Source: an uncultured Sneathia sp.
GTDB lineage: Bacteria; Fusobacteriota; Fusobacteriia; Fusobacteriales; Leptotrichiaceae
Direction of reading: 5' to 3'
Length of the DNA: 24,000 nucleotides
Assembly: GCA_902494065.1 (NCBI GenBank)
Contig: CABURZ010000010.1
Span: 1 to 24,000 of the forward strand
Made by a program: the position numbers and the translations under genes. Below, one piece after another: positions 1 through 8,451 of the stretch; position 1 is the first letter of the stretch, and every line of letters begins with the position of its first letter. Under the pieces are notes generated by a model. It did no database searches. It saw only the letters and a list, made by a program, of their open reading frames with translations, and was not told the origin of the DNA.

Positions 1-1152
1 AGGTTTAAAATTTTTTTGATTTAAAATTACTATAGCAAATCCTAATATTGAAATAATAAATGCTGAAAATAATATTGCACTAACTCCTATAGAATCTAAT
101 AGAAATCCAGCTCCTGTCGAACCTATCATAATGGAAAAATTAAATCCAGAAGATTGTAATGCATTTGCAACTGCCGTTCCTTCAGTTACTTGGTGTGCTG
201 TTGCTGTTTGGAATATGCTACTTAAAGATCCAAATTCTAGTCCCCATATAAAGAAAACTATATGAAGTAGTATTAAATTTTTACTTATGAAAAACAATAT
301 AAATGTTAATGCTGTTAAAAAGAAAAGTGATAAAATTAAAACATTTAAATGCTTATCTATATATTTCATTGTAAAAATTATTGAAATTATAGATCCTATA
401 CCTATAAATAATTGAGCTAATGCAACGCTAGGATATTTAACATCATTTATTAAATTAGTAATAAAAGTGTAAACACCATAATTTGCACCTACTCCTAAAA
501 AAGTTAGTATTATAACTAAAAGTACACCTCTATTTTTTATCATAGTTAATGGCGAATTACTTTTACTCTTTTTTTCACCACTAACATGAGGTAATAATCT
601 GTTACATAATATTGCTATTATGGCTAATAAAATTCCAAGAATTAGAAAAATAGCCCTGTATCCTAAATATGTTCCTATCCATGTCATTATTGGAAGTCCT
701 ACTGACATACCTATAGTTATCCCTGCCATTACTATAGTAACAGCTTTTCCTTCATCTTTTTCATCAACTAACTTCATTCCATAAGCAGTTATCATAGGCC
801 ACAATGTCCCAGCACACATACCTCCAAGCATTCTACCTAAAATCATCAATTCAAATGACGGTGATACACCAACTATTATATTTGCAATAGCAAATCCGCA
901 TAATAGAATAGTTAACAATTTTTTCCTATCCCATGAAACTGTGTATGATATTAAAGGTATTCCAAAGATTGCAGATGCTAATGCGTAAATTCCTACTAGT
1001 ATTCCTGATTTAGAAATACTTATTTCAAAATTATTAGCTATTTGTGGCAAGAAACCTGTTGGGACTAATTCACATAATATTGCCATTAAAGTTATGCTAG
1101 ACATCAGTATTAATAATGGCAAATTTTTTTTACTATTTCTTATATTTTCCAT
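1..1152 (-). CDS. MFS-family transporter, N-terminal 384 codons only (ORF runs off the left edge, so it is missing from the supplied ORF track)
   Basis: Own minus-strand translation from ATG at 1152: MENIRNSKKNLPLLILMSSITLMAILCELVPTGFLPQIANNF...VSWDRKKLL...GRMLGGMCAGTLWPM... The frame is open through all 384 codons to position 1. It has repeated ~20-aa hydrophobic segments and a D-R-x-x-K loop typical of MFS. AGGAGA lies 6 nt upstream of the ATG. Confidence 0.75.
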   Translation of the reverse strand, partial: MENIRNSKKNLPLLILMSSITLMAILCELVPTGFLPQIANNFEISISKSGILVGIYALASAIFGIPLISYTVSWDRKKLLTILLCGFAIANIIVGVSPSFELMILGRMLGGMCAGTLWPMITAYGMKLVDEKDEGKAVTIVMAGITIGMSVGLPIMTWIGTYLGYRAIFLILGILLAIIAILCNRLLPHVSGEKKSKSNSPLTMIKNRGVLLVIILTFLGVGANYGVYTFITNLINDVKYPSVALAQLFIGIGSIISIIFTMKYIDKHLNVLILSLFFLTALTFILFFISKNLILLHIVFFIWGLEFGSLSSIFQTATAHQVTEGTAVANALQSSGFNFSIMIGSTGAGFLLDSIGVSAILFSAFIISILGFAIVILNQKNFKP

Positions 1153-1184
1153 TTTACATCTCCTAAGCTATAATTGTAATCTTT

Positions 1185-1213
1185 ATTGTACAATGTTTAT
1201 TAAATTTAATCAA
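1185..1213 (-). promoter_or_regulatory. Putative sigma70-type promoter for the MFS gene
   Basis: Minus strand reads TTGATT (1213-1208), 17 nt, TACAAT (1190-1185), about 30 nt upstream of the AGGAGA/ATG. Confidence 0.4.
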
Positions 1214-1214
1214 A

Positions 1215-1246
1215 CGAAAAAAGACCCCAACGGAAGTCTTTTTTAA
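1215..1246 (-). terminator. Rho-independent terminator downstream of gpmA (hairpin flanked by A and T runs, potentially bidirectional)
   Basis: AAAAGAC (1217-1223) pairs with GTCTTTT (1238-1244) around a 14-nt loop. On the minus strand the stem is followed by TTTTTTCGTTT. Confidence 0.6.
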
Positions 1247-1283
1247 CGTATACCTATTTAAGTAAATTTATATTGCGTTTTCA

Positions 1284-1973
1284 TTAAAAACTTTCTGGTT
1301 TAGATAAAATATTTAAATTTTCATCTATATCAAATATTAAAGGTTTACCAGTTGTTAAATTTAGGTTCAATATATCTTCATCAGATATCTTCAATAAATA
1401 TTTTATCAATGCTCTCAAACTGTTACCATGAGCTGCAATTATTACATTCTTACCTTGTTTTATTTCCTTAGAAATAACATCATTCCAGTAAGGAAGAACT
1501 CTTTGTATAGTATCTTTTAAACTTTCTCCTCTTGGACATTCTTCATCTGTCAAGTCTTTGTATCTTCTGTCAAATTTAGGATATCTTTCTTTATCTGTTA
1601 CTTCTACATGTGGAGGAGCAACATCAAAACTTCTTCTCCAAATATGTACTTGTTCATCACCATATTTTTTAGCAGTTTCAGCTTTATTTAATCCTTGTAA
1701 TGCACCATAGTGTCTTTCATTTAATCTCCAAGATTTGTATACTGGTAGGTATAATTGATCTATACCTTCTAAAACATAATTAAGAGTTTTTATAGCTCTT
1801 TTTTGGTATGAAGTATAAGCAACATCAAATTGTATGCCTAAGTCTTTTAAAACTTTACCACCATTTTTAGCTTCTTCTACTCCTTTTTCAGTCAAATCAA
1901 CATCTGTCCACCCAGTAAATTTATTTTCTAAATTCCAAGCACTTTGTCCATGACGTATTAAAACTAATTTCAT
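1284..1973 (-). CDS. gpmA: 2,3-bisphosphoglycerate-dependent phosphoglycerate mutase
   Basis: [29 protein letters not shown] is the classic dPGM histidine-phosphatase N-terminus, with RHYGALQG and [10 protein letters not shown] motifs. The start was moved to the ATG at 1973 (MKLVLIRHG) because AGGAGA sits 9 nt upstream. The track's upstream ATG at 1994 overlaps that SD. Confidence 0.92.
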   Translation of the reverse strand: MKLVLIRHGQSAWNLENKFTGWTDVDLTEKGVEEAKNGGKVLKDLGIQFDVAYTSYQKRAIKTLNYVLEGIDQLYLPVYKSWRLNERHYGALQGLNKAETAKKYGDEQVHIWRRSFDVAPPHVEVTDKERYPKFDRRYKDLTDEECPRGESLKDTIQRVLPYWNDVISKEIKQGKNVIIAAHGNSLRALIKYLLKISDEDILNLNLTTGKPLIFDIDENLNILSKPESF

Positions 1974-2005
1974 AATGCGTATTTCTCCTTTCAAGTTATA
2001 AAATT

Positions 2006-2034
2006 ATTATACAATAATTTAGTTAAATTATCAA
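2006..2034 (-). promoter_or_regulatory. Putative gpmA promoter
   Basis: Minus strand reads TTGATA (2034-2029), 17 nt, TATAAT (2011-2006). Confidence 0.5.
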
Positions 2035-2182
2035 TAAAATAGAAAATGAAAAACAAATATATTAAGCAAAGGGATGTGTAAAATTTATTTATCACTTAAA
2101 AAAGAATAAAATATTCTACATTTATTATATAAAAGAAAAGAAATATTTTTATAAAGTACAAATTATGTTAAAAAACATTGAT

Positions 2183-2212
2183 TTGACAATATTTTTTAAG
2201 TGTTGGTATAAT
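2183..2212 (+). promoter_or_regulatory. Near-consensus sigma70 promoter with extended -10 and no protein gene downstream
   Basis: TTGACA (2183-2188), 18 nt, TGgTATAAT (2204-2212). Confidence 0.55.
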
Positions 2213-2218
2213 GAATTA

Positions 2219-2363
2219 CTTTTTCTTTAAAAAGTATTGCAAATTTCAAAAAATCTCTCTTGCATACGTTTTGGGGTAATTAGTATGCGGGATTATTTTA
2301 GGAAAGTGTGTGATTAAGCTTATCTAAAGTAACAAAAAAAAGTCGCGTTATGCGGCTTTTTTT
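2219..2363 (+). ncRNA. Candidate small non-coding RNA (~145 nt) bounded by its own promoter and terminator
   Basis: Lies between the promoter at 2183-2212 and the terminator at 2334-2363. Predicted hairpins: ACTTTTT/AAAAAGT (2217-2234), CTTGCATAC/GTATGCGGG (2259-2291), and TTATTTTAG/CTAAAGTAA (about 2293-2332). There is no SD-led ORF. A single-stranded C/U-rich stretch AAUCUCUCUU sits at about 2251-2260. Confidence 0.4.
2334..2363. terminator. Bidirectional rho-independent terminator (ends the candidate sRNA on + and the PTS/deglycase operon on -)
   Basis: A8 run, stem AGTCGC (2341-2346) / GCGGCT (2352-2357) with one G-U pair, loop GTTAT, then a T7 run. This gives a U-tail on either strand. 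Confidence 0.65.
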
Positions 2364-2444
2364 GCATGGTGTATTATAAACAAAAATTAAAAAATAACAC
2401 TAAAACCATATTTTGTTACATTAAACTTCAATTTAAGTTATAGA

Positions 2445-3449
2445 CTAATATTTTAAACTTCTATAATATCTTCTAATTTCCATTGGATGTCGTGTTTGCA
2501 ATTCCATATATGCATCTATTCTGTTTGTAATTGCATGTAACACTAAATGAGATATATGTTTTCTAAATTTTTCTTTTATTCCTTTTAATTCGTATTCCTT
2601 GGTATCTATTATAGTATAATTTTCGCATATTCTTGGTAAGAAATTAGCTACTCTTTCTGATAAACACCTTTGATTATCTTCACCCACAAAAACAGTAACT
2701 GGAGTTTCTTTAGTTACAATTTCAAACATTCCATGAAAAAATTCACCTGATCTTATTGATTTTGTTTTCATCCAAAGTTGCTCTTCCCAATAGCACATAG
2801 CATAAGAATATGTTGCTCCCCATTGATTTCCGCTTCCAACAAAATAGTGAATTTTATCCTCACAATGCTTTAATGCAAATTTTTGGGCAAACTCATCTGA
2901 AATTTTTTCAACATCAACCAAAACTTTCGGAAGATACTCTTGTAAATTTTCATATAACTCATTATACTCATCAAACTCTTTATTATTATGCATAAATCTA
3001 TCAGCTATCATAAAAAATTTTAACTGCTCATTCGCTTTATAAGAAATCGATTCATCACATAATTCATGTAATTTTGCATTTTCATTATCAATAAATCCAA
3101 CTACCGTTGATCCTATTTTTTTTATTTTCTCAATAGATTTTACAAGTTCTTCTGTAGTTCCTGTTACAGATGAAAAAATAACAACAGTTTCGTCTGTAAT
3201 TCTTTTGTTTGGTGTTGCTAAATATTCACTAGCATTTTCAATTATAACTTCTATTTTCGAATATTCTTTAATATGTTCAAAAACTTGCATGCTAGACGCC
3301 CACGTCCCACCTATTCCTATAAAACATATATTTTTATACCCTTTTTCGCATATATCATCAACTATTTTATTTATTCTACTCCTTAAACCTAAAGCTCCTC
3401 TAACGCTTTCGATTTGTTTTTTTTCATCAAACTTTAGCAATTCAATCAC
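2445..3449 (-). CDS. FrlB/GfrF-like fructoselysine-6-phosphate deglycase (double SIS-domain protein)
   Basis: The SIS motif ICFIGIGGTWASS, FSSVTGTTEE, SGEFFHGMFE and the C-terminal EIRRYYRSLKY parallel E. coli FrlB (..ERRYYGGLVEY). The track start is a GTG directly abutting the upstream stop. A TTG at 3440 preceded by AGGTGA is an alternative start. Confidence 0.8.
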   Translation of the reverse strand: MIELLKFDEKKQIESVRGALGLRSRINKIVDDICEKGYKNICFIGIGGTWASSMQVFEHIKEYSKIEVIIENASEYLATPNKRITDETVVIFSSVTGTTEELVKSIEKIKKIGSTVVGFIDNENAKLHELCDESISYKANEQLKFFMIADRFMHNNKEFDEYNELYENLQEYLPKVLVDVEKISDEFAQKFALKHCEDKIHYFVGSGNQWGATYSYAMCYWEEQLWMKTKSIRSGEFFHGMFEIVTKETPVTVFVGEDNQRCLSERVANFLPRICENYTIIDTKEYELKGIKEKFRKHISHLVLHAITNRIDAYMELQTRHPMEIRRYYRSLKY

Positions 3450-4424
3450 CTACACTTTACTTTTTAATACTTTATCAAAATCATCAAATATTCTTTTTTC
3501 AAGATCAATTAATTTTAATTCTGAAATTCTATAACTTAAAACTTGAACAATACTCGCCATATATAGACTTATAAATTGCGTTGAATGCTTAAAATCAAAT
3601 GTTTTTTTAACATAATTTGACATATAACATTGCAACATTTTACTTCTTTTTATATTTTTGTCATCTATATTCAAAAACATTAACACATAATTTTTACTTG
3701 CTTCTAAATATGGCCCATGCATATATTGTTCCAACTCATACCCACTAGATGGAACTCTGACAGTCTCTGTAAATTTTGTTTCAAATTCTTTAGCTATACC
3801 ATATAAATCTCCATACGCAATACAAATAAATCTATCGCATAATTTAAAAATTTCACTATTTTCACAACAAACTTTATTTGCTAACTCAATTGCACTAGGT
3901 ATTTCGTTTATTATACTACGCAATTCTTTTCTGTATTTAGTTTTATTAATTTTTGAATTTTCTATTGCTAGTAAATATAGATTTAAAATTGTAGCACTAA
4001 AACCTTTTGTAACAAATCCTACCTTTTCCTCTCCTATATTTAAATCCAAAAAATAGTCGCTCTCATTTGCTAATTTACAATTTTTATTAGATGTAATAGT
4101 TAAAATCTCTACATTAGAAACTTTTCTAACATATTCATATGCATCTAAAATAGATGCACTTTTGCCACTTTGTGTAATTAAAATCACCAAATCTATATTA
4201 TTATTCATTTTTGAATAATTTATATAATTAAATGGCTCAACAATACTCACACTACAATCTAAAACATTTTGAATAAAATATTTTGTAGATAATGCTGCAT
4301 TTTTTGATGATCCTGTTGCAATTATTAATATGTTTTTTTTGCTATGTATATCAATATTTTTAAAATTATCTAAAATATTTAATAATACTTTTTTTTCTTC
4401 TAAAATGTAATCATACATAGTCAT
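3450..4424 (-). CDS. SIS-domain sugar-phosphate isomerase/deglycase (GfrE-like, second deglycase of the operon)
   Basis: ILIIATGSSKNAA and ITQSGKSAS SIS motifs, plus a second SIS half with HGPYLE. AGGAG lies 9 nt before the ATG. The stop abuts the next gene. Confidence 0.75.
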   Translation of the reverse strand: MTMYDYILEEKKVLLNILDNFKNIDIHSKKNILIIATGSSKNAALSTKYFIQNVLDCSVSIVEPFNYINYSKMNNNIDLVILITQSGKSASILDAYEYVRKVSNVEILTITSNKNCKLANESDYFLDLNIGEEKVGFVTKGFSATILNLYLLAIENSKINKTKYRKELRSIINEIPSAIELANKVCCENSEIFKLCDRFICIAYGDLYGIAKEFETKFTETVRVPSSGYELEQYMHGPYLEASKNYVLMFLNIDDKNIKRSKMLQCYMSNYVKKTFDFKHSTQFISLYMASIVQVLSYRISELKLIDLEKRIFDDFDKVLKSKV

Positions 4425-4425
4425 A

Positions 4426-5247
4426 CTACAACACTCCTAAGAAAGCCATTAATATTCCAAATATTGCAATACCTAATATAATAGAAACTGGTTTAAATTT
4501 TTTACCTAATAAATAATAAATTACTCCAAACGCTAATAATTGAGGTATTCCTGGCATAATATCATTTAATATATCTTGCAGAACAAATGGATTTGTTTTA
4601 CCTATCGTTAAAGGAATATTAATGTCAATTAAACTTGCAACCATACTTCCTACAACAAAAACTCCTAATATTGAAGCTCCATAAGTTAACTTAGATAAAC
4701 TTCCTGATTTTTCAATATTTTTTAAACTACCTATTCCAAACTTATATCCAATAAATGTCAAAATATATCTAATAGCTATATGGGGTATGTTGAATATTAA
4801 CAAAAACATTATAGGCCCTAAAATGCTCCCTTTAAGTGCTAACGATGTTCCTACACCTGTAGCAACCAATCTTAAAGTTCCCCAAAAGAATGAATCCCCT
4901 ATACCTGATAAAGGCCCCATAAGTGCTGTTTTAATATTATTTACTGAATTTTCATCTAAATTATTCTCATTTTTATTTTCTTCTTCCATTGCTGCACTTA
5001 TACCCAACATTAATGTAGAAATATGAGGAGTTATATTAAAAAATTCTAAATGTCTTTTTAATGCTTTACTTAATTCTTCTTTTTTTGTATATATTTTTTC
5101 TAAAACTGGAATTAATGCATATACATACGCCAAACTCATTTGTCTTTCATAATTCCAAGAAAACTCCATTTGAAACGATCTCCAAAACACTCTTTTTAAA
5201 TCTTTTTTATTAATTATTCTGTTATTATCTTCATTAAAAGTCTTCAT
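4426..5247 (-). CDS. PTS mannose/fructose/sorbose-family EIID component
   Basis: FWRSFQMEFSWNYERQMSLAYVYALIP is the typical EIID N-terminus, followed by a multi-TM C-terminus. GGAGGTG is the SD. The gene overlaps EIIC by 14 nt. Confidence 0.85.
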   Translation of the reverse strand: MKTFNEDNNRIINKKDLKRVFWRSFQMEFSWNYERQMSLAYVYALIPVLEKIYTKKEELSKALKRHLEFFNITPHISTLMLGISAAMEEENKNENNLDENSVNNIKTALMGPLSGIGDSFFWGTLRLVATGVGTSLALKGSILGPIMFLLIFNIPHIAIRYILTFIGYKFGIGSLKNIEKSGSLSKLTYGASILGVFVVGSMVASLIDINIPLTIGKTNPFVLQDILNDIMPGIPQLLAFGVIYYLLGKKFKPVSIILGIAIFGILMAFLGVL

Positions 5248-5998
5248 CTTCTACACCTCCTGCAACATTCAAAATACTATTTTTATTAATATTTACCATA
5301 ATAACAGCTATTATTGCTCCTAATATTGCCATACCTGTTAATGGTACTTTTAAATATACTGTTACTGCAAATCCTAAGAATAAAAATGGTGTTATATCTT
5401 TATTAAGTAATAATCTTGCAAGCATTGCAAATCCTAATGCTGGCATTATACCAGTAGCAACAGCTAAACCATGTTTTATAAATTCTGGTATTGAATTTAC
5501 TAAACTTGATACAGCTTCACTTCCAACTAAATACGATATAGTCACTATTAGACCTAACATCAATGATAGTCCAAAACCAGATATAAATTGCATTCTTTCT
5601 ATTCCTTTCACATCAGCTTTCTCCGCATACTCATTTGCTCTATGATTTAATATAGGTATAAACAATCCTAAATAAACATTTTTTAAAATTAAAGTAAATG
5701 TTGCTATAGGTAACGCAAGAAGTAATGCTGTTTCTACACCTGCTCCTGATGAAATTGCAAAAGCTACACCTAATATTCCTCCTGTAACTGGATCTGGTGG
5801 AATAGAGGCTCCTACTGAAAAAGATCCTATAAAAGCTAACTCTAACGTTGCTCCCATAATTATACCCATTTTTATATCACCAAGTATCAGCCCAGTAACC
5901 ATACCAGTTACTAATGGACGTGATATAAGAGATGTCCCAAGAGCATATTCACATTGTGCTACAAATGCAACTAATCCTAATAAAACTGCTGTAATCAT
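5234..5998 (-). CDS. PTS mannose-family EIIC component
   Basis: Polytopic membrane protein of about 254 aa, positioned between EIIB and EIID. ATGA start/stop overlap with EIIB. Confidence 0.85.
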   Translation of the reverse strand: MITAVLLGLVAFVAQCEYALGTSLISRPLVTGMVTGLILGDIKMGIIMGATLELAFIGSFSVGASIPPDPVTGGILGVAFAISSGAGVETALLLALPIATFTLILKNVYLGLFIPILNHRANEYAEKADVKGIERMQFISGFGLSLMLGLIVTISYLVGSEAVSSLVNSIPEFIKHGLAVATGIMPALGFAMLARLLLNKDITPFLFLGFAVTVYLKVPLTGMAILGAIIAVIMVNINKNSILNVAGGVEDEDF

Positions 5999-6468
5999 AT
6001 TTTCTCTTCCTTTCTATACAATTGTTTTTTATCCAACGGCAATTGTCTTATTTCAATTTCAATATTTTTATCTAATAAATCATCCAATAATTTTTCTTCT
6101 GTCTTTGTTATATTTACTGCTTTAGATATATTTTTCGTATTATCAGTTGCTTTAGTACCACCTAAATTTATACTTTTAATATTACAGTTTGTTGCAATTT
6201 TATACGCATCTTCTATATTTTCTACTATTATAATTAAATCATATTTTGAAGTTACTCCAGAATTTATAGCTTCAATAGAATTTTTTATATTTTTTATTAC
6301 TAATTTACATCCTTCTGGCTTTGCTAATTTCAACGTTGTTTTATATACTTCATCATCAACTACTTTATCATTTGATATTAAAATGCAATTACAATTTAAA
6401 TTTTTAACCCATGAAAACGCAACTTGACCATGAAGCAATCTATGATCTACCCTCAGTAATTGTATCAT
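5995..6468 (-). CDS. PTS mannose-family EIIB component
   Basis: MIQLLRVDHRLLHGQV matches the EIIB-Man phospho-histidine signature (R-[IV]-D-x-R-L-[IL]-H-G-Q). Confidence 0.9.
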   Translation of the reverse strand: MIQLLRVDHRLLHGQVAFSWVKNLNCNCILISNDKVVDDEVYKTTLKLAKPEGCKLVIKNIKNSIEAINSGVTSKYDLIIIVENIEDAYKIATNCNIKSINLGGTKATDNTKNISKAVNITKTEEKLLDDLLDKNIEIEIRQLPLDKKQLYRKEEKI

Positions 6469-6878
6469 TAAAAATCATCCTCACTTTCTGTTAATATTAT
6501 TTTATTACACCATTTAATTTGATTTTTACTTTCATTTATAACTTTATTAATATATTTATCATCTATATAATCTTGATTTGATATAATATCTATTAATAAT
6601 GGAAGGTTTATTCCAGTTATTAAAAATATTTTTTTATCATCTACTAAACCTAATATATAATTATTTACACTCCCTCCAAAAATGTCTGATAAAAAAATCA
6701 GTTTTTTATCTTTATATTTTTCTAAAATATTTTCGATAGTTGCCTCAAGATTAAAATTTTGATCAGTATAACAAGGAATTGCAATTACATTAAAGTACTC
6801 TCCTATAAGCATTTCAAGACTACTTTTTATACCTACCGCAAAATTCCCATGTGTTATTATTACAAATTGTTTATCCAT
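6468..6878 (-). CDS. PTS mannose-family EIIA component
   Basis: FVIITHGNFAVG is the EIIA-Man active-site His context. The start was moved to the ATG at 6878 (MDKQF), preceded by GGGAGGG. The track start at 6896 is a GTG upstream of that SD. TAATG overlap with EIIB. Confidence 0.85.
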   Translation of the reverse strand: MDKQFVIITHGNFAVGIKSSLEMLIGEYFNVIAIPCYTDQNFNLEATIENILEKYKDKKLIFLSDIFGGSVNNYILGLVDDKKIFLITGINLPLLIDIISNQDYIDDKYINKVINESKNQIKWCNKIILTESEDDF

Positions 6879-7061
6879 AAATCCCTCCCACACCACTATA
6901 ATACTTTGTAAAAAAACAATGTCAAATATTCAACTTTTTTCGTTAATGTAAAATTTATACACTTTATTTTAATCAATATTTAAGGTATAATCAGAAATAT
7001 AAACGAATGTAATTATATGCTTTTTTCGTTTTGAAATTGCTTATTTAGAGGGGTTTTGTCA

Positions 7062-8297
7062 ATGAATTTAAAAAATTATAAAATATTTTTACCTTTTTAT
7101 CATATAAAAATTTATCATAATAGAAAATTTTCTAAAAATGATATAATTTTTAAAAACTATATTATTAAAAATATATTAACTAACCAAGAACAAATCATAA
7201 CTATTTCACAAAAAGAATTAACACAAATTCTAAAATTAAATACTTATGAAACAACAGATGAATTCATGGAAAAATTTAAGATTAAACATTTTATATTTCA
7301 TATAGAAACTGAAAATACTTATGATGGCTTTTTCAATATATTAGATGGATTCATAAAATGCAATGGTAATTATAAATTATTAATATCATCTACATTTTTT
7401 GATATTTTCACAAAACAAGAAACCGAACTAAAAGAATATAAATTAGATGATTTACTAAAATTTTCTAGCACTAGCATTTCTAGTCTTTATAGTTTTTTAC
7501 AAAATTTTTTAAAAGATGAAAAAGTCAAAATAACATTACAACAATTAAAATATATTATGGATATAAATGAAAACAAATATGAAAGATTTTTTGATTTTGA
7601 AAAATTAATTTTGAAGCCTAGTATAAAAGAAATTGAAAAATATACTACTCTTAAAGTAACCTATTCAAAATTAAAACAAAATAACCAAAAAAATGAAAAA
7701 GTTATTGGAATATTATTTAGTATAAAAGATATATCAAATGAAATTTTAGATAAAAAATTAAAAAAGATTAGCAAATTAATACAAGCTTATTGCAAAAATT
7801 ATGATATAATCATTAAGTTTATACAAAAAGAATTAGACAAAAAAACATTTAGTTATATTTTAGAAAACACACAATATGCACTTATGCATCCTAAAAATAA
7901 TTTTGAATTATCTCTAATTTCAGCAATAAAATACAATTCATACAAAAATGAATTTTATAAAAAAGTGCAAAGTTATCTAGATAAATATAAAATCATTACA
8001 TATGAAAGCATTTTATTAAAAAACAAAACTGATTTTTCTAATTTATTTATAAAAGAATTAAATAAACACGATATAGAACAATTATCTAAAGTTATTCCAT
8101 TTTTAAAAAATTTATTTGATTTATTTGATAACTCAGTAACACTCCCTTCAAGTATAAAAGAAAATAGATTTTATAATGATATTTTCCTAAGCTTAGATAA
8201 AAAGAATGAATTTATTTTTAAAGAATCAAATATTATTATTTTAGGTGAATATAACGGTTCTTTAAATAGTAATTTTTGTATATTGGTAAAAAAGTAG
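7062..8297 (+). CDS. Rep_3/RepB-type (iteron-plasmid) replication-initiator-like protein with an unassigned ~180-aa C-terminal extension
   Basis: SSLYSFLQNFLKDEKVKITLQQLKYIMDINENKYERFFDFEKLILKPSIKEIEKYTTLKVTYSKLKQNNQKNEKVIGILFSIKD follows the winged-helix-2 pattern of theta-plasmid Rep_3 initiators (..Y-x-x-L..; Y-x-R-F-x-D-F-x-x-x-[VI]-L-x-P-x-[IV]-x-E-I; T-x-L-x-V-x-Y; K-[VI]-x-x-[IL]-x-F-x-I). The upstream ITISQKELTQILKL...FIFHIETEN...LLISSTFFDIF resembles WH1. GAGGGG lies 8 nt before the ATG at 7062. Pattern recognition only, with no HMM run. Confidence 0.6.
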   Translation: MNLKNYKIFLPFYHIKIYHNRKFSKNDIIFKNYIIKNILTNQEQIITISQKELTQILKLNTYETTDEFMEKFKIKHFIFHIETENTYDGFFNILDGFIKCNGNYKLLISSTFFDIFTKQETELKEYKLDDLLKFSSTSISSLYSFLQNFLKDEKVKITLQQLKYIMDINENKYERFFDFEKLILKPSIKEIEKYTTLKVTYSKLKQNNQKNEKVIGILFSIKDISNEILDKKLKKISKLIQAYCKNYDIIIKFIQKELDKKTFSYILENTQYALMHPKNNFELSLISAIKYNSYKNEFYKKVQSYLDKYKIITYESILLKNKTDFSNLFIKELNKHDIEQLSKVIPFLKNLFDLFDNSVTLPSSIKENRFYNDIFLSLDKKNEFIFKESNIIILGEYNGSLNSNFCILVKK

Positions 8298-8384
8298 CAA
8301 ATTGGGCAATGGTAATAAATCAATTAGCAATGGATACAAATATACATTCTAAAATATTAAAATATGAGAAATATTAAAAATAGC

Positions 8385-8422
8385 GAGACTATAATTTTTT
8401 TTATACATTACTTTATAGTCTC
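8385..8422. other. 10-bp inverted repeat (possible weak terminator between the rep-like gene and the adhesin gene)
   Basis: GAGACTATAA (8385-8394) pairs with TTATAGTCTC (8413-8422) around an 18-nt loop. On the minus strand it is followed by GCTATTTTT. The large loop makes terminator function uncertain. Confidence 0.3.
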
Positions 8423-8451
8423 ACTAAAATAAAATTTATATAAAATTAAAA

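Noticed and set aside
2211-2279. 22-codon ORF (MNYFFFKKYCKFQKISLAYVLG) inside the candidate sRNA, considered as a possible type I toxin or leader peptide.
   Set aside because: Its ATG overlaps the predicted -10 hexamer, so it would not be in the transcript. There is no SD, and the peptide lacks a clean transmembrane helix.
6871-6879. TTATCCATA, a one-mismatch DnaA-box-like sequence near the rep-like gene.
   Set aside because: It is simply the reverse complement of the EIIA start (ATGGATAA). It is a single copy, and such matches are expected by chance in A+T-rich DNA.
6897-7061. A sigma54 (-24/-12) promoter for the gfr-like PTS operon.
   Set aside because: No TGGCA(C)-N5/6-TTGC(A/T) match on the minus strand. 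The only sigma70-like candidate (TTGACA at 6925-6920 with ATTATA/TATAGT 17-19 nt downstream) would leave almost no leader before the SD, so I did not call a promoter.
8309-8377. 22-codon ORF (MVINQLAMDTNIHSKILKYEKY) downstream of the rep-like gene, faintly reminiscent of an Xre-type HTH fragment.
   Set aside because: It is too short for a complete HTH, has no convincing SD, and the similarity is subjective. It is probably non-coding or a decayed remnant.
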